A stretch of 64,000 nt of DNA from a virus. The DNA lies in IMG/VR virus record IMGVR_UViG_3300009597_000014, positions 1-64,000 of that record; one strand, given 5' to 3'. How positions within the stretch are numbered: the stretch's first letter is position 1; every line of letters begins with the position of its first letter. Positions 21,601 to 29,829 of this stretch are shown in pieces. The notes beneath the pieces are model-generated. The model was not told the DNA's origin, ran no database searches, and saw only the letters and a program-made list of their open reading frames with translations. Position numbers and translations under genes: made by a program.

Positions 21601-24311
21601 CTGCAATGATCGAGAACGTAGGCGATCAACGCTCTGCCATCGAACAGCAGACCCATGGTTTCTTCAGTGGAGCCGATCGATATTTTTATGATAATATGCA
21701 GGCATTAACTCAAAGTGCCATTCAGAAATCAAACCAGGTTCTGGCAACCAGCAACAGCAAAGTAGCCCGTGCTGGAGCAAAACTTCTTAAAATTACTTCT
21801 CGAATAATTAATGAGAAATCCTCAACAGCTATAGCTCAGGGATTTGTTAATAACCTGGCCAAGCTAGATGGCCAATATGAGATCATGGCAATCGCCAATG
21901 ACATCGTTCTTCGCACTGACGAGAACGCACCCATCTACGACATGATTGCCGAAACCAAGGCCACTGCCGAACAGACCCGTCAACGTTATCGTGACGAGCT
22001 CCCCGAGGAACTGGCCTCTGAGTTCTCCCGTCCTCTGACCCAGGAGGAATGGACAGCCCAGCACAAAGTAGCCCAAACCGATATCGCTTCCCTGAAGGCC
22101 ACCTACGGGGCCGCTGGAGCGGTTCGGATGATTTTCGATGCTGCATACAGGTCAGCGGAGATTCGTGCCAAGGAGGCCTTTATACGCGCCCAGGAAGGCA
22201 CTCGGGCAGCGAAGATCCTTGAGAAGGCAAAGCAGCTTGCTGGCTATCTCAACACTGGGGAGCTTGGTCTCAACCTGTTGCCCAATACCTATGCGATTTC
22301 CAAGTTGAATGGTGAGGTTGGATTCAACCGATCGACGCCTGATCCCCAGACCGAGAATGCTGTCGACGAGTTGGTAACCCTTTATGCCATCAGGGGCCTG
22401 AGCCAGGAAACCAAAGATACAATTATAAATCTTGGAAATGAGAACCAGAAGAATAAAGAAGGTCTTGAATTTGTATTTCATTATCTGGTTGGGCAGAGAA
22501 AAGACGAACTAGATAAGGCAAAAGCAACCCAGCTGGGTAAAAACAATTATTATAAAGGTGGTGGACTTCCCTCCGAGCAAGTAGGCAACGATTCCCTGGT
22601 CATCGAAAGTGATCGTGAGCACGCCAACATGCTCAAGAAGGGCTACGTCCATCAGGGTGCTTACACTGGTTCCTCTGCAGACCAAAATCTGACCCCGAGA
22701 TCCTATTATTATTCACCCACTGCTGGATTAGCCCCCTATCGACAAGGCGTCATGCAGACGGTTCATGTGACAGCCTCTGGGATAGATCCCCAGACAGGCT
22801 ACACGGTCGGTAGACTGATGGCTGGACGTATCGTCAATGGGCGAGAGATAGCCCAGGTCCAGCAACAGCTTAGGAACCAGGCAGGAACCAACGAGAACTT
22901 ACGTCTGGTCTATGAAGACGATGGCTCTGTCATTGCCATGGAACGCATGGCGGATGTGAACAAGACCAACACGATCGAACGTAATACCAACCTATCCGAG
23001 ATGATCGGCGCCTGGAGAGGTCGCCAAGTCGAAGAGATATTCGCCACCGAGATCAACCGAGCCCTGGTGAACGAACTTTATACGATCTGGGAGAAAGCCA
23101 GACAGGAAGGTCGAACCAATGAGTTCGTGAATATATTTACGTCAACCGATCCAGTGATCCAGAACACTGCCAAGTTGGTTCCCAACTTGATGCGGGATCA
23201 TATCAAGCAGAAATTTGGCAGAGATACTTTCATGGTTCATCGATCCATGGCCTTGAATGCTCTCGGTGATCGGCAGGCCTCAGTGAGCGATATGTTCACC
23301 GGGGAGACACGTTGGAACCCTGCAGTGCAGAAGCGCTTCGAGACCATAGCCATTGGTTTGTTTGGAAACAGCGCCTATAATGGACTGGTTAATACAGAGA
23401 GAACTGTACAAAATATCATAACAAATGTGAAATATAATATCATTGTAAAGTCAGTGATTATTCCTGCAGGAAACATTATGTCCAACTTCGGACAACTTCT
23501 CAACCGGGATGTTCCCTTGCGGGATATCCTGACAGGAGTCCCCAAAAAGATCATTGAAATCAACAGCTACATTAAGTCCAGGAACCAGGAGATAAAACTC
23601 GAGGCCCAACTGCGAGCAGCCGAAGGCAAGGGTGACCTCAATGCCATTCGCAAGCTCAAGGACCGACTCCAGGCAATGGAGGATTCTTACAAACGCCTGA
23701 GCATTTATCCTCTGATTAAGGCGGGGGAATTCTCAACTATTTCTAATGGAAATGTAACCGCCGAGGATCTTGCACTTGCTGATGGCAAGTGGTCCAATTT
23801 CATGGACAAGCTCATCGCCAAGATCCCCGACGGTCCTCTACGCACGACAGCCAGGTATGGCCTGGTGACGCGCGACACTGCACTGTTCCAAGCCCTTGCA
23901 AAAGCAGTGCAGTATGGGGATTTCGTAGGCAAAGCCATTCTTTATGACGACCTGACCAAGCGACAGAAGGTAGCCAACAAGGAAGCTATCGCCACCGTGA
24001 ACCAGGCATTCGTGCCCTATAATAATCTGTCAGGTAGGGGACGACATTATCTGGAAAGCCTTGGGCTTCTCTGGTTCTACAACTACAAGCTGCGTGTCAT
24101 GAAGGAGAGCGTGTACCTGCTTCGACATCATCCATTCAGGGCATTGGTCATGATGGGTATTCCAGGTCTGAACGGCATCGATTCGCCACTGGATAGCAAC
24201 TTCCTGACAAACCTGATTAATGGAAGGCTTGGTGCTTCGGTTGGACCTGAGATGGCATTCGATAGCTGGACACTTAATCCCTGGGTTAATGGATTCAGAA
24301 CTGCTTTTTAA
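12657..24311 (+). CDS. Virion-encapsidated RNA polymerase (N4 gp50, vRNAP)
   Basis: 3884 aa with no cysteine seen; T7-like motifs IGRLQM, motif A LEADGKTNG, motif B RGFVKNPLTITVYGSG, motif C VFDG. Confidence 0.98.
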   Translation: MAATSNTLQRLLDPISARDLDFTARDEAYKRQTMELVTTPPPAPLARVLEPVPTPVSEVPRRVTPADLQALDPWSVPLGATEAPKPQFGAPTPEDNPFDVPFQAPERILHPRLKLESDLQEIRDYSATPETIALYTLAKHKGNDFIKNNAVIQDYDNLTSDQFRVKYGTDVYRNLVALQIAGRPITGMAQTTSGLGETVQDLAVHGASTVVSGTADLAAMVQANNPLSKPVTDMVGKLFGVDNLNDKIAFEVSQLGHAVSDAMVSHGQSSTSEQQTIVAHFQNVADHIDQAAKYKKDLRTEGEMVANLRYGGAQVVDGALQLYNNPKHLENLTSQAIGSLVTLGPMTKGLSYVGKGLAATKYGAKLAPYAEGAAFNTAVGLQEAGGAYGEVIQRVMALDHPTLMRQSEGYRDLINQGYSERDAKVQLAMDAAQIAAPTAFGTGFVTSKLAPREFELGILGQGAKKTLAQSLRALPGTAAREFIEETPQSAAGQFAANLALQQTVDPFQPLGENVAEVGIQGGIASLGVGPILKGPGIIAKTLAAPVKLGYEQLAKRAGRVKAANESSSNVSTENISEDIQSVAKNSGSLAEGLRSLVEESETARQVAEQAKDQTDQVQGALDQVQRSQEQDTGANPPAPLTDVAAVIDVSETAPVITTPEARAQEAEEFIQKVETSATLRKEDIETLPSQLTKKLTDLQSKLDQTLTRFDAMIEMAKIVEDPNASVSDQASAAVFIADIINQNRDLFSGELPAFLQNTPHDNPHFKALIDTFRNLQRMEKNPMIADAIRFAQDELNIPDVDLDTVGSTSPEGLQTIRNVIGAATHAPARLNENVANQVLRQADEGKAKISPEELATIRNALALQVEAAKAQPKVEQVEVKPGPAAEALSTQAPTPAAAPKPRAKTTTQDFVAKQIETEGGDEKHQLSLRQHVSEINRAIKNKKPRLIKEKIQNLVDFAKSQTNKVIALNESIAKGDGSNAPYQAINSKGKFYTNKTGVGVKLGNPGSENFARQVHKEATSLVDLANQIINQHPEAKIEPLPTPPALNLPEEGSTTTQQETPPSATTSKTAATEQLEPPSVPATGGVPGAIDTTAPTTQTSAPAELTPEEKAEQKKLQDPKQTSDDELINRVKFFDRQEKQSKTKTLSPNATKSLKAIHEEIARRKALKIEPVKEETPPSVTEPATSATGQSRFTPEELRSDPEWEQDESLSDEMDRIEKKEKLTPDDEATIEALQKEMDRRYDEAIIQEEQEQTPPVEQIVEQTPTKKVIKSKRKPKTVAKSLQDLSIVLETKPTEPETKPKLEPVEEAVEEPVGAEPESIPLDQAYENLAESSEGNYFLKAYKRGKKIGSRLMTVKSPLAAMRKALSGQTALAQFAGGDARLPRRLPIWQEFLTDTANKITTNFKTRMYGIINSKVDENGNPKTSFLDLMDQGSPYNRYMNYKTMNLLEKVDGVYGLNKQLLESGVLAAMDWLLNVQDRTVNHSAERLAAVLGVDENLIEQRTLDEWNRGIGLSEAKRSLAQQLKKFWDVQDNKDVSETYVQGVAEAMALELLVAMEQTGLLKNGEFAEPTLTEKTYNMVYFDRRSDDDKALLNKLGEERNTISDLALVDKLRSGRSVGEPITEVPQHLLYNPNVSTTNQQKKAAGNVQATRHMTNMPMVNFMRALGLQNYINALGGRLTDPRVTDPEKTNINDARSKAGANLQLTNSYNGMLAQVAEVEAYSERTGIPVSEVPTFFEYAVLSIGRLQMRGLFNGQADKLARNIVTPVRAKIDLSQPGSRKFSDFMQAIGQGLGAKPESKSRRAVTAAAFEKLKFYRPIIDGIKVHLRDEKKGSLSQDTIDALVNLAPEDKLTDHGLQSLLDYARYEVLRESNHGDLTRFESWNFLEADGKTNGPINALMLWAAGAITPRFLDLVNKGGMFFGANDKTLDQHGDTVDLYKASGNKASEKVGQLHAAIRDDNNPKVLAQFNAFRRIMTALNTNIVLKGDQIEISRGFVKNPLTITVYGSGANGIAIKATKELTEFIYQKLSESLQTGVVPGDLIYKDYPDNSFHDDLSLLLSRTPDISKDKKFGTYYFTRPVKHVAFDRKGKPGSDEFLKNFTFSKTEFDALRDNVQFFLTDPMVSAITDEVMKEIAPVIEAIQQATQIQSIVVRNMFRNKVFAKLADKQINPNKYPNYHKGDFLSQNELNEIFNSLKQFMAVIDTGTQRYQINSHESADVFAKATITYNGQSYNITMPESFARSLSGDMKAPIFMNTPNLAGVKAIPYLNIGSGDGQMMLHGMSIDIHRSDISRRTLPVFDGLNMPIDMILEYSRLINESVFKTWTQNSPMRAIAESFRTFAENRPIQQVLDPDNGLNQTIDDTILEMSKIEGGFKPEKLIDQTSMEMMINDLVRKLEDFAGDLEDRQQVYRETTQSIDQMSSGKGPHNVKGTGALILVPGMSNQEIAHAMEARRIELSNIRAGHRKTAQTAPAVALIPASTPVAQLTPAMQKVLALGTEDVSGTRVIQADQLPDVIRALGSTVDSQFARQLVKAIAKEYRLVFGTPTQLDNWERSNNVDRFQPGSNDNAMGKIDPVAKVILISNLVPETIIHELIHAATIDKVRAYYSNPRSLSQEDRDAIRRIEGLMNEWLTLDFTNNDEIIVNAHQMAQSSILGWMRKGVAENEPNKYMAEAINEFMAWTLSNQELRNKARTLKNSAFRILKDTLEALKAWFGKSLRVPNNLLAQLQFNTRILISTPTDLDNLKTDANSVTLFQSPTFGNSDRLTYFRERFKEKILTYINEGDPNTLEGYRQRYQRSNEIRAARQASRDLTIGFVRQFGDLRTMQAWATFYEMQVGLMTELQLNPNSLARMQELYDHVISKLEVTDFRINNDPNDQADEAQAQGKYDAIHGLLVKKTDPYGRSSLLSSFVSLAMSSDIFRGVLAKIDKPPTDKSTTTNTMDRILEDAGNASIDWLSLMASGEKSKAHNVQEAMDNLASAMIENVGDQRSAIEQQTHGFFSGADRYFYDNMQALTQSAIQKSNQVLATSNSKVARAGAKLLKITSRIINEKSSTAIAQGFVNNLAKLDGQYEIMAIANDIVLRTDENAPIYDMIAETKATAEQTRQRYRDELPEELASEFSRPLTQEEWTAQHKVAQTDIASLKATYGAAGAVRMIFDAAYRSAEIRAKEAFIRAQEGTRAAKILEKAKQLAGYLNTGELGLNLLPNTYAISKLNGEVGFNRSTPDPQTENAVDELVTLYAIRGLSQETKDTIINLGNENQKNKEGLEFVFHYLVGQRKDELDKAKATQLGKNNYYKGGGLPSEQVGNDSLVIESDREHANMLKKGYVHQGAYTGSSADQNLTPRSYYYSPTAGLAPYRQGVMQTVHVTASGIDPQTGYTVGRLMAGRIVNGREIAQVQQQLRNQAGTNENLRLVYEDDGSVIAMERMADVNKTNTIERNTNLSEMIGAWRGRQVEEIFATEINRALVNELYTIWEKARQEGRTNEFVNIFTSTDPVIQNTAKLVPNLMRDHIKQKFGRDTFMVHRSMALNALGDRQASVSDMFTGETRWNPAVQKRFETIAIGLFGNSAYNGLVNTERTVQNIITNVKYNIIVKSVIIPAGNIMSNFGQLLNRDVPLRDILTGVPKKIIEINSYIKSRNQEIKLEAQLRAAEGKGDLNAIRKLKDRLQAMEDSYKRLSIYPLIKAGEFSTISNGNVTAEDLALADGKWSNFMDKLIAKIPDGPLRTTARYGLVTRDTALFQALAKAVQYGDFVGKAILYDDLTKRQKVANKEAIATVNQAFVPYNNLSGRGRHYLESLGLLWFYNYKLRVMKESVYLLRHHPFRALVMMGIPGLNGIDSPLDSNFLTNLINGRLGASVGPEMAFDSWTLNPWVNGFRTAF

Positions 24312-24609
24312 CCAGCTGTACTTTTAGACCCAATGTAACCAATAAGGGAAACAATGTCGTCGGTCGAGGCCATCTGGTCTTGCCTCTGGCCAGGTTCTGG
24401 ATCATTGATGGATTGACACCTGTAGCTATGGCTATGTCCTTGTAGGTACCCTTGAACTTGAAGATCTGTTGGCGGACTTCCTCGATCATTTTTTCAGCTG
24501 ATGTGAAGGCTCGCGGTCTGTCCTTAGTTATAGGATGAATTCTAGTCATATTACTGGCTCCATAGCTGGGTATTAGAGCGCCGTTTGATGTGACGACCCA
24601 GCTGGTCAT
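24295..24609 (-). CDS. XRE-type helix-turn-helix protein
   Basis: TYKDIAIATGVNPSMIQNLARGKTRWPRPTTL..L..TLG; converges on the vRNAP stop. Confidence 0.7.
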   Translation of the reverse strand: MTSWVVTSNGALIPSYGASNMTRIHPITKDRPRAFTSAEKMIEEVRQQIFKFKGTYKDIAIATGVNPSMIQNLARGKTRWPRPTTLFPLLVTLGLKVQLVKKQF

Positions 24610-24971
24610 GCTTCCCTGAGTGTCCTTAATTTATTAATCAGTTTTTCGAGTGCCTCAAGCTTGGTATTATGCAGCTGCTCGAGACCCCGTAGCTGCTCAT
24701 CAGCTTCGATCTTGAGGCGTTCCATTCGGACACGATAGCTGTCAATCAGCTCAATACGTTGGAGCTCGTAGACACTGACCTCCTTCATATGCTCGTCCAT
24801 CTTCTGCTTAAGCAGACGCTCTCCAATCGACATGAGCTTGTCGAAATCGAGCACCTGTGTAGATGGCTCGTTCCGACGCATCTGGATTGGTTTGCCGACC
24901 TCCCGACCAAGCTCTTCCATCTTCTGGTTCAGGGCTTCTTCGATGCCTTTTTCCAAGTGATCCTCAGTCAT
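24606..24971 (-). CDS. Hypothetical coiled-coil protein
   Basis: 121 aa; ATGA-coupled to its neighbours. Confidence 0.65.
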   Translation of the reverse strand: MTEDHLEKGIEEALNQKMEELGREVGKPIQMRRNEPSTQVLDFDKLMSIGERLLKQKMDEHMKEVSVYELQRIELIDSYRVRMERLKIEADEQLRGLEQLHNTKLEALEKLINKLRTLREA

Positions 24972-25138
24972 TGTTGAGGTGGTCCTTTTTGTTCGTTCTC
25001 GTGGATGATTGCATAGGTTATTAATGCAATTGCCCCAAAGACTATTAAGAAAGTCATTAACGGGACAAACCAGATAACAATCAGGAATAATGCCCCGGTA
25101 ATGATAGCGGCTATCACCACAGCTTTGATGGCAGCCAT
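24968..25138 (-). CDS. Small membrane protein (56 aa)
   Basis: Hand translation MAAIKAVVIAAIITGALFLIVIWFVPLMTFLIVFGAIALITYAIIHENEQKGPPQQ; stop overlaps the next start (ATGA). Confidence 0.65.
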   Translation of the reverse strand: MAAIKAVVIAAIITGALFLIVIWFVPLMTFLIVFGAIALITYAIIHENEQKGPPQQ

Positions 25139-25144
25139 GAGACT

Positions 25145-26035
25145 TTATTCAGGCTTCTGATCGTGAACCGGCTTTGTCAGGTTGGAGAACAGAGACTTTG
25201 ATGCAGTTGCTACCGGTCCAGTTTGCACAGGGGCAGAGGTGTTAATATCGGGGAAAATCCTTGGAACAGCTGCAGCTACCTGAGTTGCAGGATCTCCAGG
25301 TTGTGCAAAGATTGGATGTGTCAGCGATCCCATTTCTTCGGGGACAGTGTGAGCCTTGGCTGGTTCAGGAATGGATTCCTCTACCTGGATCGGCTTCTTG
25401 GTTCGCATCTTTTTAGGAATGGTCACCTCGTCCTCAGCCTTCCGAATCACCACACTGACAGTGAGGTTACCGTCCTTGACGCCCTCGAAATGGACACCGA
25501 TTTCCTGGTCTTCTCGAAGGGTGATCTGTTGTAGTACGGCGTCTCGGATGGCATCCTCGACTTCCCGCTGATTGAGTATGATCTGCATTGGTTCCTCGAT
25601 TGTTTGAATGTTGGAGAGGGTGACTTCTATCCTTGGGTCGTGGGTATCTACCCCACCCCATTGGTAGGTCACATTGGATATGACATCCATATTATCATCG
25701 ATTAATTTCTTCTGATTAACCAGGGTGTCACAGAAGAATTTATCAACGATACAACAGATATTTGAGATATCGATCCATCGCTTTGAACCAAAGAAAAGTC
25801 TATAGGTCAGATCGGTTTTAACCATTAAAGGTAAATGTCCGATTCGTTTAGACACTATTTTTTCAAATAGATCCTTGGCTTTATTCAGCGTATGGAAATG
25901 GGCGTTACGATAGGTATTCAGATTAAGACTGAATCTATCGCTCGTCCGCTTGCCTAATCTGACATAGATTGGCAGATTCACAGACAGGATGGTTCCCCGG
26001 TGTGAAGAAGGAACCAGTCCTGCCTGGTTCAACAT
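25145..26035 (-). CDS. rusA: RusA-like Holliday junction resolvase fused in frame to an N4-like conserved protein (internal start 25588)
   Basis: N-half: LNLNTYRNAH..LNKAK, DISN..IVDKFFCDTL..IDDN, DPRIEV. C-half begins MQIILNQREVEDAI after a GAGGA RBS. Confidence 0.75.
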   Translation of the reverse strand: MLNQAGLVPSSHRGTILSVNLPIYVRLGKRTSDRFSLNLNTYRNAHFHTLNKAKDLFEKIVSKRIGHLPLMVKTDLTYRLFFGSKRWIDISNICCIVDKFFCDTLVNQKKLIDDNMDVISNVTYQWGGVDTHDPRIEVTLSNIQTIEEPMQIILNQREVEDAIRDAVLQQITLREDQEIGVHFEGVKDGNLTVSVVIRKAEDEVTIPKKMRTKKPIQVEESIPEPAKAHTVPEEMGSLTHPIFAQPGDPATQVAAAVPRIFPDINTSAPVQTGPVATASKSLFSNLTKPVHDQKPE

Positions 26036-26047
26036 GAGCCTTCACAC

Positions 26048-26815
26048 TCAGCTGTTGAACAGTGATGGTGTCTTCGGAGTAGTCTCTCCTGCCTTGGGAG
26101 GAGTGTTCGGACGACCTGGCTTGCCAGATTGCCCTCCTCCATTGCCACCGGCTCCACTCTTGTTGGTCCTACGATCTCTGGTGACACCCTTGTTCTTCTC
26201 GACCCAGGCGTTGAAGAATGTGGCCACTGTGGTGCCCTGGCGGGCCTCTACGACCGTAAGATTGGATGGATAATGAAATACCTTATCCGTGACGTTTTCC
26301 TCTCTGGACTCGGCTGTGTCCTCGTACTCGCCCGTCGAGGAGTTCTTCACCTGCTTGTTCTTTAGCTCCTTGAGGATGCCGAAGGTGACCTTCTTGCCAA
26401 GCAGCTCGACCAGCATGGGGACCGACTTAGGAATCTCCTTCTTGGCTTCTGGGTCATAAACGTTCATGACCTTGTCCTCGGTGGTCTGCTCCGAGAGTGG
26501 CTTATTGGAGGTCACAAGGCAGAGATCCTCGACGATCACGAATCCAGGCAAGGGTACCTTCTTGGTGTTGTCCTGCTTGTTACGGAAGAAATTCTGATCT
26601 TCTCGATTAGTGATCCAGAAAGTTTCCCGATATTCGCCACCTTCAGTGTCTAGAATAACACTGATTGATCGAGCCTTGGAGTGAGGAGACTTACCTGCGT
26701 AAGCTGCTTTAATGGTGCCTGTATAGGCGCCTGACTCAAGCACACGGAAACCACCCAGGCGGTCCTGAGACTGCTCGAGGCCTTCCGTGGTGAGGTTTCC
26801 AAAGATATTTGTCAT
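26048..26815 (-). CDS. ssb: Single-stranded DNA-binding protein (N4 gp45)
   Basis: DRLGG..LESG.Y, EYRETFWIT, LPGF, C-terminal SLF motif; synteny. Confidence 0.9.
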   Translation of the reverse strand: MTNIFGNLTTEGLEQSQDRLGGFRVLESGAYTGTIKAAYAGKSPHSKARSISVILDTEGGEYRETFWITNREDQNFFRNKQDNTKKVPLPGFVIVEDLCLVTSNKPLSEQTTEDKVMNVYDPEAKKEIPKSVPMLVELLGKKVTFGILKELKNKQVKNSSTGEYEDTAESREENVTDKVFHYPSNLTVVEARQGTTVATFFNAWVEKNKGVTRDRRTNKSGAGGNGGGQSGKPGRPNTPPKAGETTPKTPSLFNS

Positions 26816-26847
26816 TGGATTTTCATTCCTTGTTTCTGAGTTGATAA

Positions 26848-27579
26848 TTAACCGTGGTAAAACTTATCCAAATGATCCAGCAAGAGCTGAGCATCATTAT
26901 CCATATAAGTTTGTTCCCGAGAAAACAAACCCATAGGTGAGCGGATACGTTCGGCTACGGTTTCCTTGGTTGGACGAGTCTGGAACACATGCTTATATCC
27001 AAGCTCCCTGTCCTGGTCAGTGATAACCAGGAGATCGGATCCATATTTTTCCAGTTCCAGCATGGTTATTTTCTTAGCTGATACTACTGTAGAAAAATAT
27101 GATTCGATACCATTATTTTTAAGTGATCCCTTGATGGGCACCGAGACTTTCATCTCATGCCTGACTTCATCCAGTGTATCCAGGAGATGGGCTGTAACGA
27201 TGGTTGGCTTACCCCATCTGACGACCTTGTCTTGCATTAGCACCTTGAAGAATTGGGCAAACTGACCCCATGCCTTCTGGGTATTGGGATTATCTATGAT
27301 GTACATGCTTTCATACATATCCATCATGAATGTGGCAGAATCTATGATTATGCCATCCCATTTATCCTGGTTCAGGATGGCATGATCAAAGCCTTCGTAT
27401 ATCTGATATGGGTCAGAGACTCTAAATGTTTTGAATGTATTTTGAAAAGGGAGTCTCTTCCCAGCTTCGGTATTGAGATACATCCATCTATCCTGGTTCC
27501 GGATACTCCTCAGAGCTGCACTCTTACCGGTGCCTGAGTAGCCACCGATAAGAACTAATTGATCATTAATATCGCTCAT
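26848..27579 (-). CDS. AAA-family ATPase (N4 gp44; Sak4-like)
   Basis: Walker A GYSGTGKS, IIIDSATF, KGSLKNNGIESYFS, RIRSPMGLF. Confidence 0.9.
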   Translation of the reverse strand: MSDINDQLVLIGGYSGTGKSAALRSIRNQDRWMYLNTEAGKRLPFQNTFKTFRVSDPYQIYEGFDHAILNQDKWDGIIIDSATFMMDMYESMYIIDNPNTQKAWGQFAQFFKVLMQDKVVRWGKPTIVTAHLLDTLDEVRHEMKVSVPIKGSLKNNGIESYFSTVVSAKKITMLELEKYGSDLLVITDQDRELGYKHVFQTRPTKETVAERIRSPMGLFSREQTYMDNDAQLLLDHLDKFYHG

Positions 27580-27594
27580 GATTTTTCCTTAATT

Positions 27595-27640
27595 GAACCA
27601 GAAAAAGCACTAAGGCTTACCGTCTACATCGCCTTAGTAA
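27595..27640 (-). terminator. Probable terminator after primase
   Basis: Minus strand ACTAAGGC...GCCTTAGT then GCTTTTTCTGGTTC. Confidence 0.55.
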
Positions 27641-27672
27641 TCCCTCATTTATGTCGACGAGAGGGGGTAATA

Positions 27673-29829
27673 TCAGGGTTTCTGGCTCTGATACTTCTTA
27701 GCGACAGTCACCATGATTGTGCTATCGATTTCCTGGGCAGTCATGGGATTGGATAATTTCCCATTAAAACCATGCACCTGGTTTCTGACATCGAGCAATT
27801 TCCAGCCAGCATCTACGAGACATAGTGCATATTTGATCAGCTGGTTATTGCGATTGCCTATATCCATCCGTGAAGCAAACCAGCGCTCAAGATTATCCAG
27901 ATTTCCCAGTGCCTGGTTCCTTTCCTGGTGCTGTTCATTTCTGGAAGTTTTCGGGATGAAATCTAATACGTCGAGAGCTTTGGCTTCGAGATTATAAGTT
28001 ACCTGACATCCTTCATGACTCTGCCATTTCTTGGATCTCTGGTTAGCTGACTCATCGCTCTGGAATGGCAGCCATGCCATGACGCTATTCATGAAGCCTT
28101 TATATTCGTCATGATCGAGTTCGAGATGATAATTGGTTGGCAGAATCATTCTGAACCTGTTGTGATCAGGTGTGGATCGCTTGGTTGTATAGGTCAGGAA
28201 TTTATAATCCTTCATTAGTTCATGAGCTGCCACCAGACTAATACCAGAATCCACATCGATGACGATCATATTGAAGCCGGGGATTACATTTTCATCGGCT
28301 CGATGGTCCTGTTTAAAATGATGATTGGCCCAATTCATATCAGATGCCTGAGCCAGAAGATAAAGCTTCTCGAATGGGACCTCTTCCTTGAGATAATTAT
28401 AAGCCCAATGAGTTGAATATGAGATTACCATTTTCTGGAAGTTAGTTTCCTGGAGTTTCTCTCCTTTGAAAAACTCGATCCCATCAACAAATGATTTTTT
28501 GATAATAATATGTTTCTTATAACCCCAGGCTGTTGCCAGGATCATTTGCTCTTCACGTTGAGCCTTGGCTGTCTTATAGAATGGCAAAGCCTCATTGAGA
28601 TCGGCATGAGTTACTTCGGTATTAACCCCAGCTATATATTTAGCCAATTTCACATAAGATTTTTCACGGTTCAGGATTGTCTGAAATGCAGCTCCTGATT
28701 CCTCGACCAGTTTGATGGCCGAATGCAGATGCTCCATCAGCACCTCGGTGGAACCATCGATAAAGGCATAGGCACCAGCTAGCTTCAGGGTTTTGAAGTA
28801 GCGATGAGCCATCTCTGATTTCTTGATCTCCTCGTGCTCAGGCATGGCCTCTGCGAGGCGTTCACAGTCGATTCGGTAGCTGAGCAGCTCGATCGATACT
28901 TCCTCGCTGACTTCCATCCTCCAGCCGAAGAGAGCCGGGTCTGCCAGCGTATAGAAGTGATGTGCCCACTTGGTCAGGATGGCATCATTCTCTGGTGCTA
29001 TCAGCAGTTTGAATATCTCGGCTGGCGACAGTGACTGTGACGCCCTGACAGGTTGGCCAAAACCAAAGATGCATCGTCTGGCATAGCCGGTCTCGAGGAA
29101 GCTGTAGAACTGATCCTCGGTGGTGGATCCATCCAGCAGCTTGGCTGGTGTTCCAAATAGCAGCATGTTGGTTGGCGTTTTGCCATCCAGTTCCTGGCTT
29201 CTCTGGTTCTCGGCTGTGTTCTTAACCAGTTTTTGTTTAACAATACCTAGATCATATAACTCCAGGAATGTATTCAAAATATCGGTCTGGCCAATCAGAT
29301 TGGAACCGATCTCGTCGATCTGCAGATTGATTGAACCAGCGGATGATAACAGTAACTTCTGCCGTAGCTGCTTGACAGCTGGTGTGGTGCCTGAGTCGAA
29401 GGTGAAGGGGAATACCCCTGCCTGCTTGAATTCGGTTGAGGCCTTATCGTATTCAACCTGTTGATCGTTTCCATTTCTAGCTGCTCGTCCATTGGCGATG
29501 ACCCAGAGATTACCTTCTGAGATTACCGGAAAGGTGTCCTCTATGAAGCGGCTCTTAAATTTACCCAGAATATCATTTTCAGCCATATAGACTGAATGAC
29601 CTTTATTGGAACCAGAAGGTGCCAATGCCAGGGCATACATATTAACCGGAATTTCGCCTCGATCCTTGGTCAGGATGGTAGCCCGCATGGACGAGGCCAT
29701 CTTGGCGAAGAAATATACCAATTGAGTTCGGAAAAAACTTCGATCCAGGTTCTGGGTTTTATTACAAAATACGTCGACGATTTCTTCCAATGCCGGGTGG
29801 TGCTTAACAGCAGTTAAGTCAAGCGACAT
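27673..29829 (-). CDS. DNA primase (N4 gp43/dns-like; PriCT-type C-terminus)
   Basis: RGEIPVN.YA..LAPSG..KG, IDEIGSNL, FLETGYARR, GNRNNQLIKYA..LVD. Start set at MSLDL (29829), overlapping the gp42 stop. Confidence 0.9.
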   Translation of the reverse strand: MSLDLTAVKHHPALEEIVDVFCNKTQNLDRSFFRTQLVYFFAKMASSMRATILTKDRGEIPVNMYALALAPSGSNKGHSVYMAENDILGKFKSRFIEDTFPVISEGNLWVIANGRAARNGNDQQVEYDKASTEFKQAGVFPFTFDSGTTPAVKQLRQKLLLSSAGSINLQIDEIGSNLIGQTDILNTFLELYDLGIVKQKLVKNTAENQRSQELDGKTPTNMLLFGTPAKLLDGSTTEDQFYSFLETGYARRCIFGFGQPVRASQSLSPAEIFKLLIAPENDAILTKWAHHFYTLADPALFGWRMEVSEEVSIELLSYRIDCERLAEAMPEHEEIKKSEMAHRYFKTLKLAGAYAFIDGSTEVLMEHLHSAIKLVEESGAAFQTILNREKSYVKLAKYIAGVNTEVTHADLNEALPFYKTAKAQREEQMILATAWGYKKHIIIKKSFVDGIEFFKGEKLQETNFQKMVISYSTHWAYNYLKEEVPFEKLYLLAQASDMNWANHHFKQDHRADENVIPGFNMIVIDVDSGISLVAAHELMKDYKFLTYTTKRSTPDHNRFRMILPTNYHLELDHDEYKGFMNSVMAWLPFQSDESANQRSKKWQSHEGCQVTYNLEAKALDVLDFIPKTSRNEQHQERNQALGNLDNLERWFASRMDIGNRNNQLIKYALCLVDAGWKLLDVRNQVHGFNGKLSNPMTAQEIDSTIMVTVAKKYQSQKP

